Source of the DNA: Octopus vulgaris
Lineage: Eukaryota
Direction: 5' to 3'
NCBI GenBank assembly: GCA_951406725.2
Contig: OX597836.1
Span: forward strand, 48,484,001-48,548,000
DNA length: 64,000 bases
Shown: positions 38,142-51,500 of the stretch, one piece after another
Layout of the letters: every line of letters starts with the position of its first letter
Position numbering within the stretch: position 1 is the stretch's first letter
Made by a program: the position numbers and the translations under genes
The notes under the pieces: model-generated
The model's input: only the letters and a program-made list of their open reading frames with translations
The model's database searches: none
What the model was told of the DNA's origin: nothing

Positions 38142-39970
38142 ATTAAGAGCATAAGAACCAGTGTTGCTAGAAATAAGAGTCGAAAAATACTCAAATAAGC
38201 CACAATATCACTGTAAATTTCACAAGCTGACAAAATTGAGGAGTGAATTTGCAGATATACCCATAACACGTGATTTCGAACTCTGAGATATTAACTCTTA
38301 ATTCTCATCAATGGGTCTCCCTGCCTGGGGTTAAACGAATACCTGCTTTGTCATGCTTGTTAAAAGTATTGAAAGACTAGAGCCAAATTCGAATGATAGA
38401 AGTGTATAATTATGCATAAATAAAGATATCATTATTAATAAATAATAATAATATAAGTGACTGGTTAGCTTGTTAAATTTGCAGTGATATTGCAGCTCAT
38501 TTGAGTCTTTTTCGACTCTTATCTCTAGCAACGATGGGACTATCTGGTACCCTTAATTATAAATTCACCCTTTTTGTTTTTATGTTTGCTAGCCATTTAT
38601 TAATAATGATATCTTTATTTATGTGTAATTATACACTTCTATCCTTTGAATTTGGTGCTTGTCTTTCAGCGATTTTAACAAGCATGACGAAGCGGGTATT
38701 AGTTTAACCCTAGGCACCGAGGCCTGGTCGCAGTCTAATAACTGAGACAAGAATATATATATACGTGTGTGTGTGTGTGTGCACAGATGTCTGTATGTAT
38801 GTGTGTGCGTGTGTTTGTACATATACACATGCACATTTATATACATATATGTACTTACAGTTATATACATCTATTAATGTGTATATATTTGCCCTCATCA
38901 CTGCTATGAACACTTCATATGCATAATTAAAAAGTACCAAAGAAGGCTGAGAAAAAACAAAAAGGGAAATATCTGGAACCTTGTTCTTCCAGGAGTTGGT
39001 TTAAACCATTGTTTGGATGTTATGTTTAGGGTTAAGAGATGGAAATGACTTTCAGTATGACAGAAGTTACAAATAAACATCAACAAAAATATAAGAAACC
39101 AGTGGGAGATGGCTAATGGCTGTAGCAAGAAGGAAATATTAATCAGACTGCCATTGTTCAGATTTAAATGGCTGTAGTAAAAAAGAAACACACACACAAA
39201 AGAGCATCTTTCTTCATGTCTGTGCGTGTGGGTGTGTGGGTGTGTGTGTGTAAACATTGCAGGATGTTTCTTTTTCTGTGTACAAGCTGAAAGCATCAGG
39301 AAGTATCGATGTTGCCCTAGTTTCTTTCCTATGAGTTGATTATATTATTTTAGCCCCAAATTAACCTCAATTGAACAGACTTATAATCAGGCATTCCAAT
39401 CATGACTATCCCATTTTTAAAAAGAGCTTTCCAGATTGTATGTCTACAACAAAACCATTTTGTAAAGGCGAGGGTGGTGGGGGACACAAAGAGAGGGGAA
39501 CAATTTGTTCTCCTTTAGTGTTTGGTAGGATATTAGCTGCAGAGAATATCTGATTTGGTTCAGGCATCAAGGGTGGCACAGTGTTGACAGCATCATGAGA
39601 GGTGAAAATGGAGGAAGCAAGAAGGGAAGATGGAGAAGTATGCAGATGAGTGCAAGTGAAATGGATGAGGGGCAGAGATGTGGAGGTTGGAGGCTGGGAC
39701 ATGGCAGGACTCATTTTTAGGAGGTGGCTCTGGCCTTTGGGTGGAGGGTTGGCTGAGACAGATTTATGGGGCAACAGAGACTGGTTCATGTTGCACAAGT
39801 TGGCAATCAATATTGTAGAAAGTACTACATACATCCCGAATGTAGCACCAGCCAGGCAGAAGTGCGTAGTATCGAAATGGCCAAAACATCAACCCTGTCT
39901 GCTGCATTGCTGACAACGAAGGACACTGCTGTTGAGAGTTCACTTCAATGTAACCCTTGTTTGTTTTTTT

Positions 39971-40163
39971 TTAACCTTTCAGCATTTAAACCACTCATAT
40001 GCAGCCAAATATTCTACTGGTTTTATATTTAAACTGACCAGATTCAGCCTCTCACACCTATCCTACAATACCATTTTTGAAATCTTGAGGTGATGAGATG
40101 ATGCATGATTAATTCAAAACAAATGTAATTAAATGATCATTTGACAGAGCAATCTGGATGCTC
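39971..40163. mobile_element. piggyBac-type MITE, opposite orientation
   Basis: ttaacctttcagcatttaaac...ttgacagagcaatctggatgct is the reverse complement of the same family. Confidence 0.6.
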
Positions 40164-40607
40164 AATCCCTGATGGACAAGGAACATCAAGCTTATCTAAA
40201 GAGCCCTTTCCTTATTTAAAACTCAAGAGATTCGGTTGCTATTTCCAGCAAGTTGATTGACATCAGAGACGCTCTAGCACAGCTTAAATAAAGACGGTCC
40301 TGTGCAGTGGTTGCAATTTTGACATACCAACCATGCCAACCAGTTAGAAAAAGGGTGATCTTGAACATCTTGAATTTATGCAGTATAGTGTTGGCCCTGA
40401 ACATATTTCACGAACAGCTTATTTATGACACCTGCTCAGACCAAGAATAAAAATAATGGAAAATGTAAAACTTCATTTAAGCGTCAAAGGTCATAAGGGC
40501 CAGTGGTTAGCTCTGTTATTATAGTGTGAAGCAGATGAGAGAGATATCTCTTCAGGGATAAGATGCTAGTGCATTACAGATAATTTTGACTGTTGATCAC
40601 TTTAACA

Positions 40608-40862
40608 CGGTGGTTCTCAACCCTTTTTTATTTTTTTTATCTATGGACCCCTCAGATTCTTATTAAAATCTATTGGACCCCCAAAGCCATGGGATATTTA
40701 AGAAATTCCATTATATTTTTATAATTATTAGGGATTGTATAAAAAATTGTTAAAATATTTTGTTTATTGTACAAATATAATCAATTTATTGCACATAATT
40801 TATAACAACTGAATCTTATAAGGACCCCCAAGGGTCATGTGGACTCCTGTTAAGAAGCACTG
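40608..40862. mobile_element. hAT (Charlie-like) MITE
   Basis: cggtggttctcaacc...ggacccc repeats...gttaagaagcactg terminal pattern. Confidence 0.6.
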
Positions 40863-43694
40863 GTTCAACACAAGTACTTGAATTTTGGGTGTCTTTAGCA
40901 GAGTCTACTGTATTACAAACATCCAAGATAGGTCTCTGATCTGAGGATAATTTCCTCCCACCAGTCTTACATCCTAAAAATAGTCAATTGGTGCTATTCA
41001 CCAAAGTAAAAAAAAAAATGAAAGAAAACAAAAAACCCAATCCAAGTGGCCTTTGACACCTGTCAGACAGCGAAAAGGACCAATAGAATTTTGATAAAAT
41101 ATGGGTCTTATTTTTCCTCCCTAAAGACAACAAATTGCCTGCAACCTATTTTAAATTCACAACCCACCTGTACAAGGGTGTTTAAAAGGAAGATCAAATC
41201 TGACTAAACTGTACGAAATGTGGAAGATATCAACGAACACCTCTCTTTTCTTGGTCCTTCTCCACCTGATTCAAAGACCGAATCAAAATGACAAACTGTA
41301 TGCACATGTATTTGCTTATAACACGAGAACAATTTAAATAATAATAGGTGCAGCTATGGTTGGGTGGTTAAGAAGCCTGCTTTGCAGCCACATGGTTGCA
41401 GGTTCAGTTCCACTGCATTGCACCCTGGGCAAGTATCTTATACTATAGCTCGTGGCCGACAAATGCCTTGTGAGTGAATTTGGTAGACAGAACCAGAGTA
41501 GCAGCCCATTACAGACACACACACATATATGTATATAAATGCATGCATGTTTGTATGCTTTTTCGCTTGTTTGTTCCCCACCGCCTTTTGATAACCCTTG
41601 TTGGTGTGTTAACGTTCCCGTAACTGAGCTGTTCGGTAAAAAGGAGCTGGAAGAAATAAGCAGCAGACTTCAAAAGTCCTGTGGTCGATTTGTTCAACTA
41701 AAACCCTTCAATGCAGCGCACCAACGAGTAAAAAAGATGCCGATTCTTCTGTACAAAAGGGTTACGTATAAGGGATAAGATCGCATTGTATTCAAGACTA
41801 TATTGTTTGTACTCCAGTAAATCGGGTGTTTCTAATGTAGAAGCTGTCGATAAACACCAGCAGCAAGAAACTTCAGCTTGAGTCAAAAGATTTCAAGGTG
41901 AACATGGCCAGTACGTTTGTCTTAGATAAATATACTCGCTCGGTAGCAGAAGTCACAGAAAACTCAAAGGTATGAAAGCGAAATTGGCAAAACCTTTAGT
42001 ATTTCTGTTGTCGGTTCAACGACAGGTACACCCTGATCTGCAGAAGACTTGAAATTAATCAAACGTACTGGAATAGTAAACACTATGAAGAAAAGCATCA
42101 ACTCAAATATGCGGACAACTCGGATGTTTGGCTGGGATAAATTTCGTTGCCTAGATATATATGTCGTAAATTAGTAATGGAATCGAAAGCAAGTGATGTA
42201 TAAATAACGGCGATTTTCATCCCAAGTAGGCAACAAAAAAGCGAAATTAGGTGTGAAGGAGGTAATCCCACTGATGCATGCGGGAGAGAAAGTTTGCATT
42301 TGCAGTGATGGGCAGGCGCGTGATGAAAAGGCAAATAGATAAATATATGATACTCAAGTGGAAAAAAAAAAAGAACCCCAAAAGCAACAACACACACAAA
42401 GAAAGTATGGTTTGAAACGCAGAGACTAAATAGGTGCTGCTGTCCAGGTAGGCATATCAACCAAGGAACACTAACAGAATTGTTGTTAAGTGAGGTGTGA
42501 AGTGAGAAGGAGAGAGAGAGAGTTGACTTGACTCGGACGAGATGTCACATTTGAGATGCACAGAGAAATGTCATTCTGCACGCAAAATGTGTGACAGGTT
42601 TATTGTTGGCCGCATGGATACAGAAACGTCAAAACGATGGTTACGTGGTTCACACGCGTGCATGTGTCGTCGGGTGTTAAGGGTGGGATTATAAATAAGA
42701 AAACAAACAACGACTAACTTAAAACAAGAACAAATATTCCTTATAGGAGCAAACGAAGGAACCTCTCTACACGGTTGTTCGACTAGCTAAAAGTAGTAAG
42801 CAACTCCCTCAAACCATATCCCACTGTCGTAAAAATAAAAGAGACACTTTTCATAATATCGTTCAGAGTACAAATATACTTGCCAAAAAATAAAAAAAAG
42901 ATAAATAAAAATAAAAGGGACATACTTGCTTACGGCTGCAATGCTTTTCATTGATCAGAACTGACCTGGGGCTAAACAACAAACAAGGCGTGGAAACTTG
43001 CCCTGGGAATGATACGAGACAACTCGGCTAGCTGATTATTAATCGATCGATCGAACCCTACAGCGACCTACCCCTTTCAGCTGTGTTTATTCTTCTTTTG
43101 CCCCGCCCTCGTCGTGTCTCTCTTCCAGCACCGAGATATACTCGGGTGGATTGGTGGGGATTGGGGAAGAAGAAAAAAAATTATACGATGCTGCTGGTGG
43201 TAATGATGATGAGAAATGGCGGGGATGGTCTGCAAGTTATAGTGGCGGTGGAGGTGATGATAGTGAGGGCGTAAGCCGAGAATAAAATATTCAGCATTTC
43301 ATTATGGTGATGATGAAATGATGACGATGGAAGCGAAGAAGTAAATAGGAGAGGTGACGGCTCGACAGGGGAATTGGTATAAAATGCATCACCAAATGCC
43401 TTTTATGAGACTCAATTCATAAAACGATGCACGCAAATGATGCATCATTCGAGTGCAGATTCCTGGAGCTGTCAGTCACATATATTTACTTATATACACA
43501 CTAAAAAGAAGGTCATATATACACATACATATATAAAACATACACTCATTTCAGTTTCAAATATATTTGTCAAAAACGCATCCTTTATAACAGCGATTTC
43601 ATGAATATACATACAATAATAGTGCAAGATAAACAAAACAGCCTATCTCTATAGACAGGCTTGGTAAGGCAAAAAAAAAAAAAAGAGCTCAAAC

Positions 43695-43735
<41 letters not shown>

Positions 43736-44259
43736 CGGCAGAATTTGGTGATTCAAGGGTCGCGAGTTTCGTGCGTTTGATAAGTGTAAACGTACGAAAC
43801 TTTCGGACCTTGAGTCACTCTAACTTCTGCCGATTATATATTGTATGCGTGTGTGTGTATGTATGCATGCATATATGTGGCAAGAGCGTATATATATATA
43901 TATATAAACATCATAAGGTAAGGTAGTATATACGCAGCACCGAAAACACGTAAACATTCTCCAAACTCCACTCACGACGCACATAAACACACGGCAGACA
44001 TCAACATCAACAAACGATACACATCAATGACACACGCAGAGATGAACTCACGAATTACTTCACACTCCAATATATTCCACAGACATACACACCACACACA
44101 CACAAATATATATTTATATATATATATACCCACACACACACACGCGTATATATGCAACATATATATATATATGTTCTGTATGCATGTATTTATCAGAGCA
44201 CTTTGTGGTTGAGGAATAATTATATATTTTGAGGATGAGTTTGGGTTTGTTGTCTTTAC

Positions 44260-44374
44260 CTTTATCCGTTGGTGGTTGCTTCGAATGTTTATAGTGGCAG
44301 TAAGGTCTCTCACACAGGCCACTGGCATAAAAAGGGCAGTCTAAACCACGGAAATACCCGGACGAGGGGAACAT
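44260..44374 (-). CDS. REXO1: RNA exonuclease 1 homolog, first coding exon (N-terminal C-x7-C-x4-C-x3-H zinc finger)
   Basis: ATG at 44374 gives MFPSSGYFRGLDCPFYASGLCERPYCHYKHSKQPPTDK, resembling the REXO1 N-terminus (human MLRSTGFFRAIDCP...CRRPYCHFRH, recalled). 115 nt followed by GTAAAG donor, phase 1. Confidence 0.88.
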
Positions 44375-45057
44375 GTTTTCATCTGTGGTTTTTCTCTCTC
44401 CTTTTTTTTCCTCTCTCTCTAGTCGTAGCCTTTTTTTTCTTTCTCTTTTATAATATGTCTCTTATGTCTATAGCTATCTCTCACCCTGTCTTTTCGTTTA
44501 TGGTTGTGCTCTGGCTGTCTTTCTGCTTTTGCTGTAGCTGCTTGTTTCGCTGAGACATGGTCAACTTGGCCAAATGTAGACCAAAATTGCAATCAATGTC
44601 TCTCGACGGGCAGCCATAGTCAGACAAACATGTCGCTCGACTTGCAAGTGAGGTGGTCGCTGCAACACCTTTACAACTCTACTCTTACCCCTACTCACGC
44701 ACTCTCACACACTCACTCCCTCTCTCAACGTCTACTTCTCTCTTTCTTTATCTATTTCTATCTTTGTCCGCTTTTAGTATAAAACTGCCGTACTATTTTT
44801 CTCTTTCTCTAACAGAAATCTACGTCAATACAAAAACAACATATATACATATGTAAATATAGCACTAATATTTGTTTTGTGTTCGTTTTATATTAATTTA
44901 CCATTACAGCCCATTCCGACCAACAATTCTCTTTTCCTGTGACTGGCTTTTCATACTCGATTAGCCAACGCGACACCAGTTCTCGTTCAATGTAATTAAC
45001 GTTCATACGAGACTTTTATGAGAAATTTAGTTTTTATATAGTTTCACCCCCACCATA

Positions 45058-45110
<53 letters not shown>

Positions 45111-46499
45111 ATACTATTTATTTCTTAATTGAGTTATTATGATATTTTTATTTTCTATCTTTTTTTTTAAACGATTAAACGTTTTGCAGAAAGCAGAAGA
45201 ATGAATAATGAGTTTGCATCTTTTCCACATTTTGTTGTTTGATTTTTCATTTGTTATTATAATTTGCTCATTTTCCTTTGTCTTCCTAATTATTTTTTAC
45301 TTAGCCCGTCCCCCTTCTATATATTTTAAATAATCCCCAACACCACAGATTAATCTCCCTGAGTCGTGCCCCTTGATTGCCGAGTTACGCCCCCTGTTTC
45401 TCCCCACATCCATCCAACCTCTCATCCACACAAATTCCTCTGGATGCATTGACTTGTCTACTCCGCCTCCTACTCTTCTTCGTGACTTCTTTTTCTTCTT
45501 AACTCTACATTTCCCCACACAAGAAGTTACGAGCCCTACTTCTTGTTCAGCCTCCCATCTCAATAATATATATTTCCTTGTTTTGTCTCTCTCACTCTTT
45601 ATGAGTGATGTGTTAAAATGAGTGTGAGTGATGGTATTTTAAACTTTTCTCTCATCACTCTTTATTCTTTTCACTCATTCCCCTTTTTTTTCTCTTGTCT
45701 CTTTTATTTAAAAAATCTCTTTAATAATTTCTTATCCCTATTCCATTCCCCCCGCTGTCTTCATTTTCCCTCCGTCCTCTTTTCATATTTTCTAAATAAT
45801 AATCCTCAACTTTCACTTCTATTTATAATCTTTATATCTTTTTTTCTCTTTGATCCTCCTCCTCTCTTTTGCTTACATATATTCTCGTTTCCTTAATCCC
45901 TCATCTTCTTTGTTCCCCGCTTTAATCTCTTCAAGTTTCTTCTGTTTCTTTTCTTTTCATCTATTCTCTCCGTCACTCATGTACTTCTAATTTTCCCGTC
46001 CCTTTAATAACTCCGTAACATTACCTCTCTTTGTTCCCCCATATCATCTCCCTAGCTACATTTCTTCCCCTACTCTTTTCCCCACTCCTTATTTACAGTC
46101 TCCTCTTTCATTCTTAACCCTTTTATTAACTCTCACTCACTCTCTCTCTCTTGTAGACTTTGATTTTTTTTCCCTTCTACTCACATTTCCTTGTACTTCT
46201 ACTGTACTCTATCACTTTCCTTGACACACTCTTTTTATTTCTGAAAATTTTAATGTATTTTCATTGCCTTTCACCTTGTTTTCTTTCTTATCTTCCAAAA
46301 TTGCCATTGACTCACACACACTCTCTCCCTCCCATTCCTTTATACGTAGCTCACTCTTTCTCTTTCACTCAAACTCATTCTCCTCATCCTCCACTTAACT
46401 GTTTCCCTTCATTTCTTTCACCTCCTCCGTCTTCCTTTATTACTCACTCTATCCCCTTACTCAGCCACGCATCCACTCACACTCATTCACCCATCCTCT

Positions 46500-46625
46500 C
46501 TCTCACTCGACCGAGGTTGCTTGCACGCCTGCGTGCCGCGCCGCCCGAGCCGACTTCCCGTTGCTACTATCGCCTTCACCAATATGGCGTCGTCCTGCTG
46601 TGTGCTGATCGTCGTCACGTAAATA
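46500..46625. promoter_or_regulatory. CpG-rich promoter-like patch with YY1-type motif
   Basis: cacgcctgcgtgccgcgccgcccgagccgac..caatATGGCGtcg in an otherwise CpG-poor background, ~2.2 kb upstream of the REXO1 ATG. Confidence 0.45.
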
Positions 46626-47006
46626 TTGTTTATAATCTCACTTCTCGACCGTTATTTTTACACCATCTCTCCAACTTTTGCTTCAAACTGATCAAAAAAC
46701 ACAAAAAAATCGGAAAGAAGAATCACAGAAAAGAGACAAATGATCGATTCCTAAGGAATGTGTTTTAATTTTAGGCGTAGGTGTGTGTATATGTAAATAT
46801 GTATACAAGTTGTGTGTCGATAGATTTAAATACACGCACACATACATACATGCATGCACACGCACACACGTATGTGTATGTATGTTTATATACACACATC
46901 AGTCTACGTCTACGTAAACAATTATAATATATATTATGCATAAATACAATTGTTTATGTATATGTATCTGAAAAATATGCATATTTGTGACTGTGTATGT
47001 ATATAT

Positions 47007-47040
<34 letters not shown>

Positions 47041-48151
47041 ATATATATATGTGTGTGTGTGTGCTGTGAGAATCGTAGTTTGTTGCATTTTAACAATGCT
47101 TTTATATTTTTCCTGATTTTGTTTCGAGTTGTTTGTGATTGTTGTTTCGTCTGTTTATTTAGTTTCAATTTTGTCTGCTCCGAGTCTCTTTCCTGTTCAA
47201 GTCCTGTCTTGATGTGGACTTTGTTTTTTTTTTTTAACTTCTAGTTAATAAAAATAAAATACCAGTCTATTAATGGGAAGGGGGTTTGATCTATGCCTTC
47301 CCCCAAAATGTATGCCTTTATCGTCCTGTGCCATCCTCGTTGCTTTCCTCAATCTTTGGTGGTTAAAAAAAAAACTTATCTGAAAGTATTCCGATTACTA
47401 TTATTAAACTCCAGTTTGAAAATCGACTGTTCCTGATCGATCGATAGAATTAGTCCTAGTAATGTCTTGATATCACTTGTAACAAATGTATGTCCCTTAT
47501 AAATAACTGACTTGTACCTTAACAGAAGAAATCTTTCTCGGCTCCAGATCGGCCCTTGTCGAGGAGATCTAATGATCTAGGCGTAACCATCCCATGTTTT
47601 TGCATCTCCAAGACAACAGTGTCCAATCTGCCCACTTCCCTCTTTATAATATTATTTTTAAAATGATAGAATATACGTGAAGAAAATTTGACTGCTATTT
47701 CTAATAGGTCGATCGACCTCTTGGCGGTTCCCTTGTTGTGAATAAGTTGGAAAGGTGGAAACGCTGTCATACCGAAGTAGGTTTCTTTCAGTACGAGCAA
47801 ACGAAGATCATATCTAGAGGGGTTATCGAATCCCTAGAGGGTTCAATCAATAACTCCAGCTTAACTCCCTCTGACGAGGGAATTTAGATGATTGAAATCA
47901 ACCAGCAAATGATTCGATTTACTTAACAATTCTTTAACCGCCAAAATATTTCTGTACTTCTGCCAATATTAGAAACTTGAAAGAAACCCTCCTCATTCCT
48001 CTTCTTCTTCTTGTTGACCGTCTCCTTTATTTTTGACTCTACACGTACACAAGCGTTCAGCCCACACTGGCAGATAAGAAAGTGGCAATCGATCAAAGAA
48101 ATCGAAAGTGATTTCGATTGGAACTTTTACATTTCTGAATACGTGCCTCCC

Positions 48152-48205
<54 letters not shown>

Positions 48206-48224
48206 TACATGTTTCCCTTTGTGT

Positions 48225-48334
48225 TGACGTAGTTGTACTTTGCGAGGGTCGTTCGGCCCTGTTAAAACACGCACTGGTTGTACTTCACTTTTTTCTGTTG
48301 TTACAAAATGGCGTGAATCAGATCCAATGTAAGT
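48225..48334 (+). promoter_or_regulatory. Candidate promoter/first exon of a divergent transcript
   Basis: CpG-richer patch, caaaATGGCG (YY1 consensus) at 48304-48313, followed by a GTAAGT donor at 48329. Confidence 0.4.
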
Positions 48335-48876
48335 ATTTTTCAGGACACCCTGAATGAGTGCAGTAATGGGTGCGTTTGTTTTTACATCTATTTGTAAATA
48401 TACGTCTCTATGTTTACAATGCATTTGTGTGTTTGTGACCAGGCGAAAGAATTTGCTCATTTTTGTTGTCAGCTTTCCTTTCTCGCCCCCCACCTTTAAA
48501 TCTTACACCTTCCTTAAACATAAAACTCTGCAAGTACTTCAGTCTCTGCTATCGTCTACTTCCGCCTTGACGTCCTGAGTTCAAATTTCGCCGAGGTCGA
48601 CTTCGTTTTTCATCCACCCTTTCGGGGTCAATAAATTAAGTTACGTTCTAGGATCGATGTAATCGACCATCCCACTCCCCCAGATTTCAGGCCTTGTGCC
48701 TTTAGTAGAAAGGATTATTATTTAAAACAATTTGATTTGGCCCCGTGCAACTTAAAACTTCATGGGTTTCTTATAGAAACTTAGTCGAGCCCAGGTGGCC
48801 GAATGTAACTACGAAGTGTGTTTAGTGCCTCTTTCTTTCGTTTGACTACTCGTCTGTGTATGTGTGTGTGTGTGCA

Positions 48877-49175
48877 ATGTTATATTTTGGGACGGTCATT
48901 TTTTATGCCAAATACACGCACTGTATATTCGTTCTTCACTTCAGATTTATTATTAGTCTTGTTTTTTATTTTGTCTGAAAATCTTTCGTTTGGTGAAGAG
49001 GTGACGGAATGTGTGACGAAAGATTTCTAGACAAAGGACAGAAAATAACAATAATAATAAACCTGATGTGAAGAATGAATATACTGTGTGTGTGTTTATT
49101 TGGCAAGAAAAGAAAATGACCATCCCCAAATATAACAATATCTGTTACAACACATGATTTCACATGTGAAAACAA
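48877..49175 (+). mobile_element. Non-autonomous Penelope pLTR-derived fold-back element with degenerate hammerhead (48983-49036)
   Basis: Arms are reverse complements (tgttatattttgggacggtcat... / ...atgaccatccccaaatataaca) and homologous to the pLTR at 56930-57100; centre reads GTGAAGAG-GTGAC..GTGTGAC-GAAA-GATTTC-TAGACAAAG. Confidence 0.72.
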
Positions 49176-49205
49176 TACATAAATGTATATATGTGTGTGT
49201 GTATG

Positions 49206-49236
<31 letters not shown>

Positions 49237-49284
49237 CATCATCATCATCATCATCATCATGATGATATATATATATATATATAC

Positions 49285-49330
<46 letters not shown>

Positions 49331-49408
49331 GTATATAAACAAGGATTCAGACAGGCACACATTCTCAGTTTTATATATTAAAATATACATACACACATAT
49401 ATATACAA

Positions 49409-49553
49409 TGTATATATGAATATATAAAACTGAGAATGTTTGCCTGTCTGAATCCTTGTTTATATACATGTATATATATATATACACATGTATATATATA
49501 TATATATATATATACACATTACATCTGTACACACACACATATATATGTATGTA

Positions 49554-49594
<41 letters not shown>

Positions 49595-49817
49595 TAATAG
49601 TTTCACTTTAATAGTGGAAAGTATTAAACTGAAATGTTATTGTTTCGCTTTTGACACGTAATACTGAAATATTGTATATATGAATATATAAAACTGAGAA
49701 TGTTTGCCTGTCTGAATCCTTGTTTATATACATGTATATATATATATACACATGTATATATATATATATATATATATACACATTACATCTGTACACACAC
49801 ACATATATATGTATGTA

Positions 49818-49860
<43 letters not shown>

Positions 49861-49941
49861 TAATAGTTTCACTTTAATAGTGAAAGTATTAAACTGAAAT
49901 GTTATTGTTTCGCTTTTGACACGTAATACTGAAATATTGTA
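49409..49941. repeat. ~265-bp near-identical tandem duplication
   Basis: tgtatatatgaatatataaaactgagaatg...gacacgtaatactgaaatattgta occurs twice consecutively. Confidence 0.9.
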
Positions 49942-50081
49942 AGAGATAAGAGATTACTCTGAGCTTGCATTAGGCAAGAAGTTGAAATTTTTTTTGGGCC
50001 CATGACCCTAACTAAGGCGTGTATAAAATTTGAGTGAAATTGAGTTTCAGACAGACATATATATGCATGTATATATGTGTA

Positions 50082-51110
50082 TCATCATCATCATCATCAT
50101 CGTTTAACGTCCGTTCTCCATGCTAGCATGGGTTGGACGGTTCGACCGGGGATCTGGGAAGCCAGAAGGCTGCACCAGTCTCTGGTCTTATCTGGCAATG
50201 TTTCTACAGCTGGATGCCCTTCCTAACGCCAACCACTCCGTGAGTGTAGTGGGTGCTTTTTACGTGCCACCTGCACTGGTGCCAGGCCAGGTGTATATAT
50301 GTTCGAAAAAATTGTTCATATTCCATGTACTCGTACTTCGTATTTTTTTGTTCAACACGTTTCATGACGTCCTGTGCCCACATACGCATATATATGCATG
50401 TAGATGTAAGTATGTACATATACGCCTGTATATATGCATATATGTTATTTATATTATTATATGATTAAACGCCACGCATCCTCTTCCAAGTAAATTTTAT
50501 CTATATCATCATCATCATCACCATCGTCGTTTAATGTCCGCTTTCCATGCTGGCATGGGTTGGGTGGTTTGACTGTGGGCTGGGGAGCTAGAATGCTGCA
50601 CCAGGCTCCAATCCGATCTGGCACGGTTTCCACAGCTGGATGCCCTTCCTAGCGCCAACCACTCTGAGAGTGTATATATAAATACATATATATATACATC
50701 ATCATCATTGTTTAATGTCCGTTTTCCATGCTAGCATGGGTTGGACAGTTCAACTGGGGTCTGGCAAGCCAGGAGGCTGCATCAGGCACCAGTCTGATCT
50801 GGCAGTGTTTCTAGAGCTGGATGCCCTTCCTAACGCCAACCACTCCATATGAGTGCGGTGGGTGCTTTTTACATGCCACTGGCACAGGGGCCAGAGGAGA
50901 CTCACAAACGGCCACGGTCGGTTGGTGCTTTTACGTGTCACTGACATGGACGTCAGTCAGGCGGCGCTGGCATCTGCCAAGTTCGGGCGGTGCTTTTCTT
51001 CTAACGTGTCACCGGCACGGGTGTCTTAACTACTATTTTCATTTGATGTTGGTGTTAACGTACTTAACTCAATAGGTCTTCTCAAGAACAGTGGGTCACT
51101 CTATGATCCC
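50082..51110 (-). mobile_element. Cluster of three RTE-tail short elements
   Basis: (CAT)n-cgtttaa(c/t)gtccg...gcccttcctaacgccaaccactcc at ~50082, ~50507 and ~50697. Confidence 0.75.
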
Positions 51111-51500
51111 CTAGTCTTTAACGTTTCAAGCCTATGCTCTTCCACAGAAAGAAACAAGGAGAGAAAATAAAGAATGTGTAGTGGCTAGCGATCTATCATG
51201 GCAAAGACTGGATATATATATATATGTGCGTGTATAAGTATATATATATATGTATATGTACATATGTATATATGTGTATATATACATATATGCATATGTA
51301 TGTATATATGTGTATATATGTATATAGATATATATATGTGAGTGTATATATATAACATTTTGTGACAACCAATAATAAACACAACCAAACTTTTACATGT
51401 TACTTTTGACAATCTTTTTCTAAAAAGTGAAACCGGTAAAGTAAATAAACATCTTTTAAAATTGCATTTTCAAACCTTCTTTTATATATATATATATATA

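Noticed and set aside
46160-46768. 202-aa plus-strand ORF
   Set aside because: Starts at a non-ATG codon in a pyrimidine-rich low-complexity tract; no recognisable domain.
47860-47905. CTGACGAG...GAAA possible hammerhead
   Set aside because: No convincing helix II or helix I pairing.
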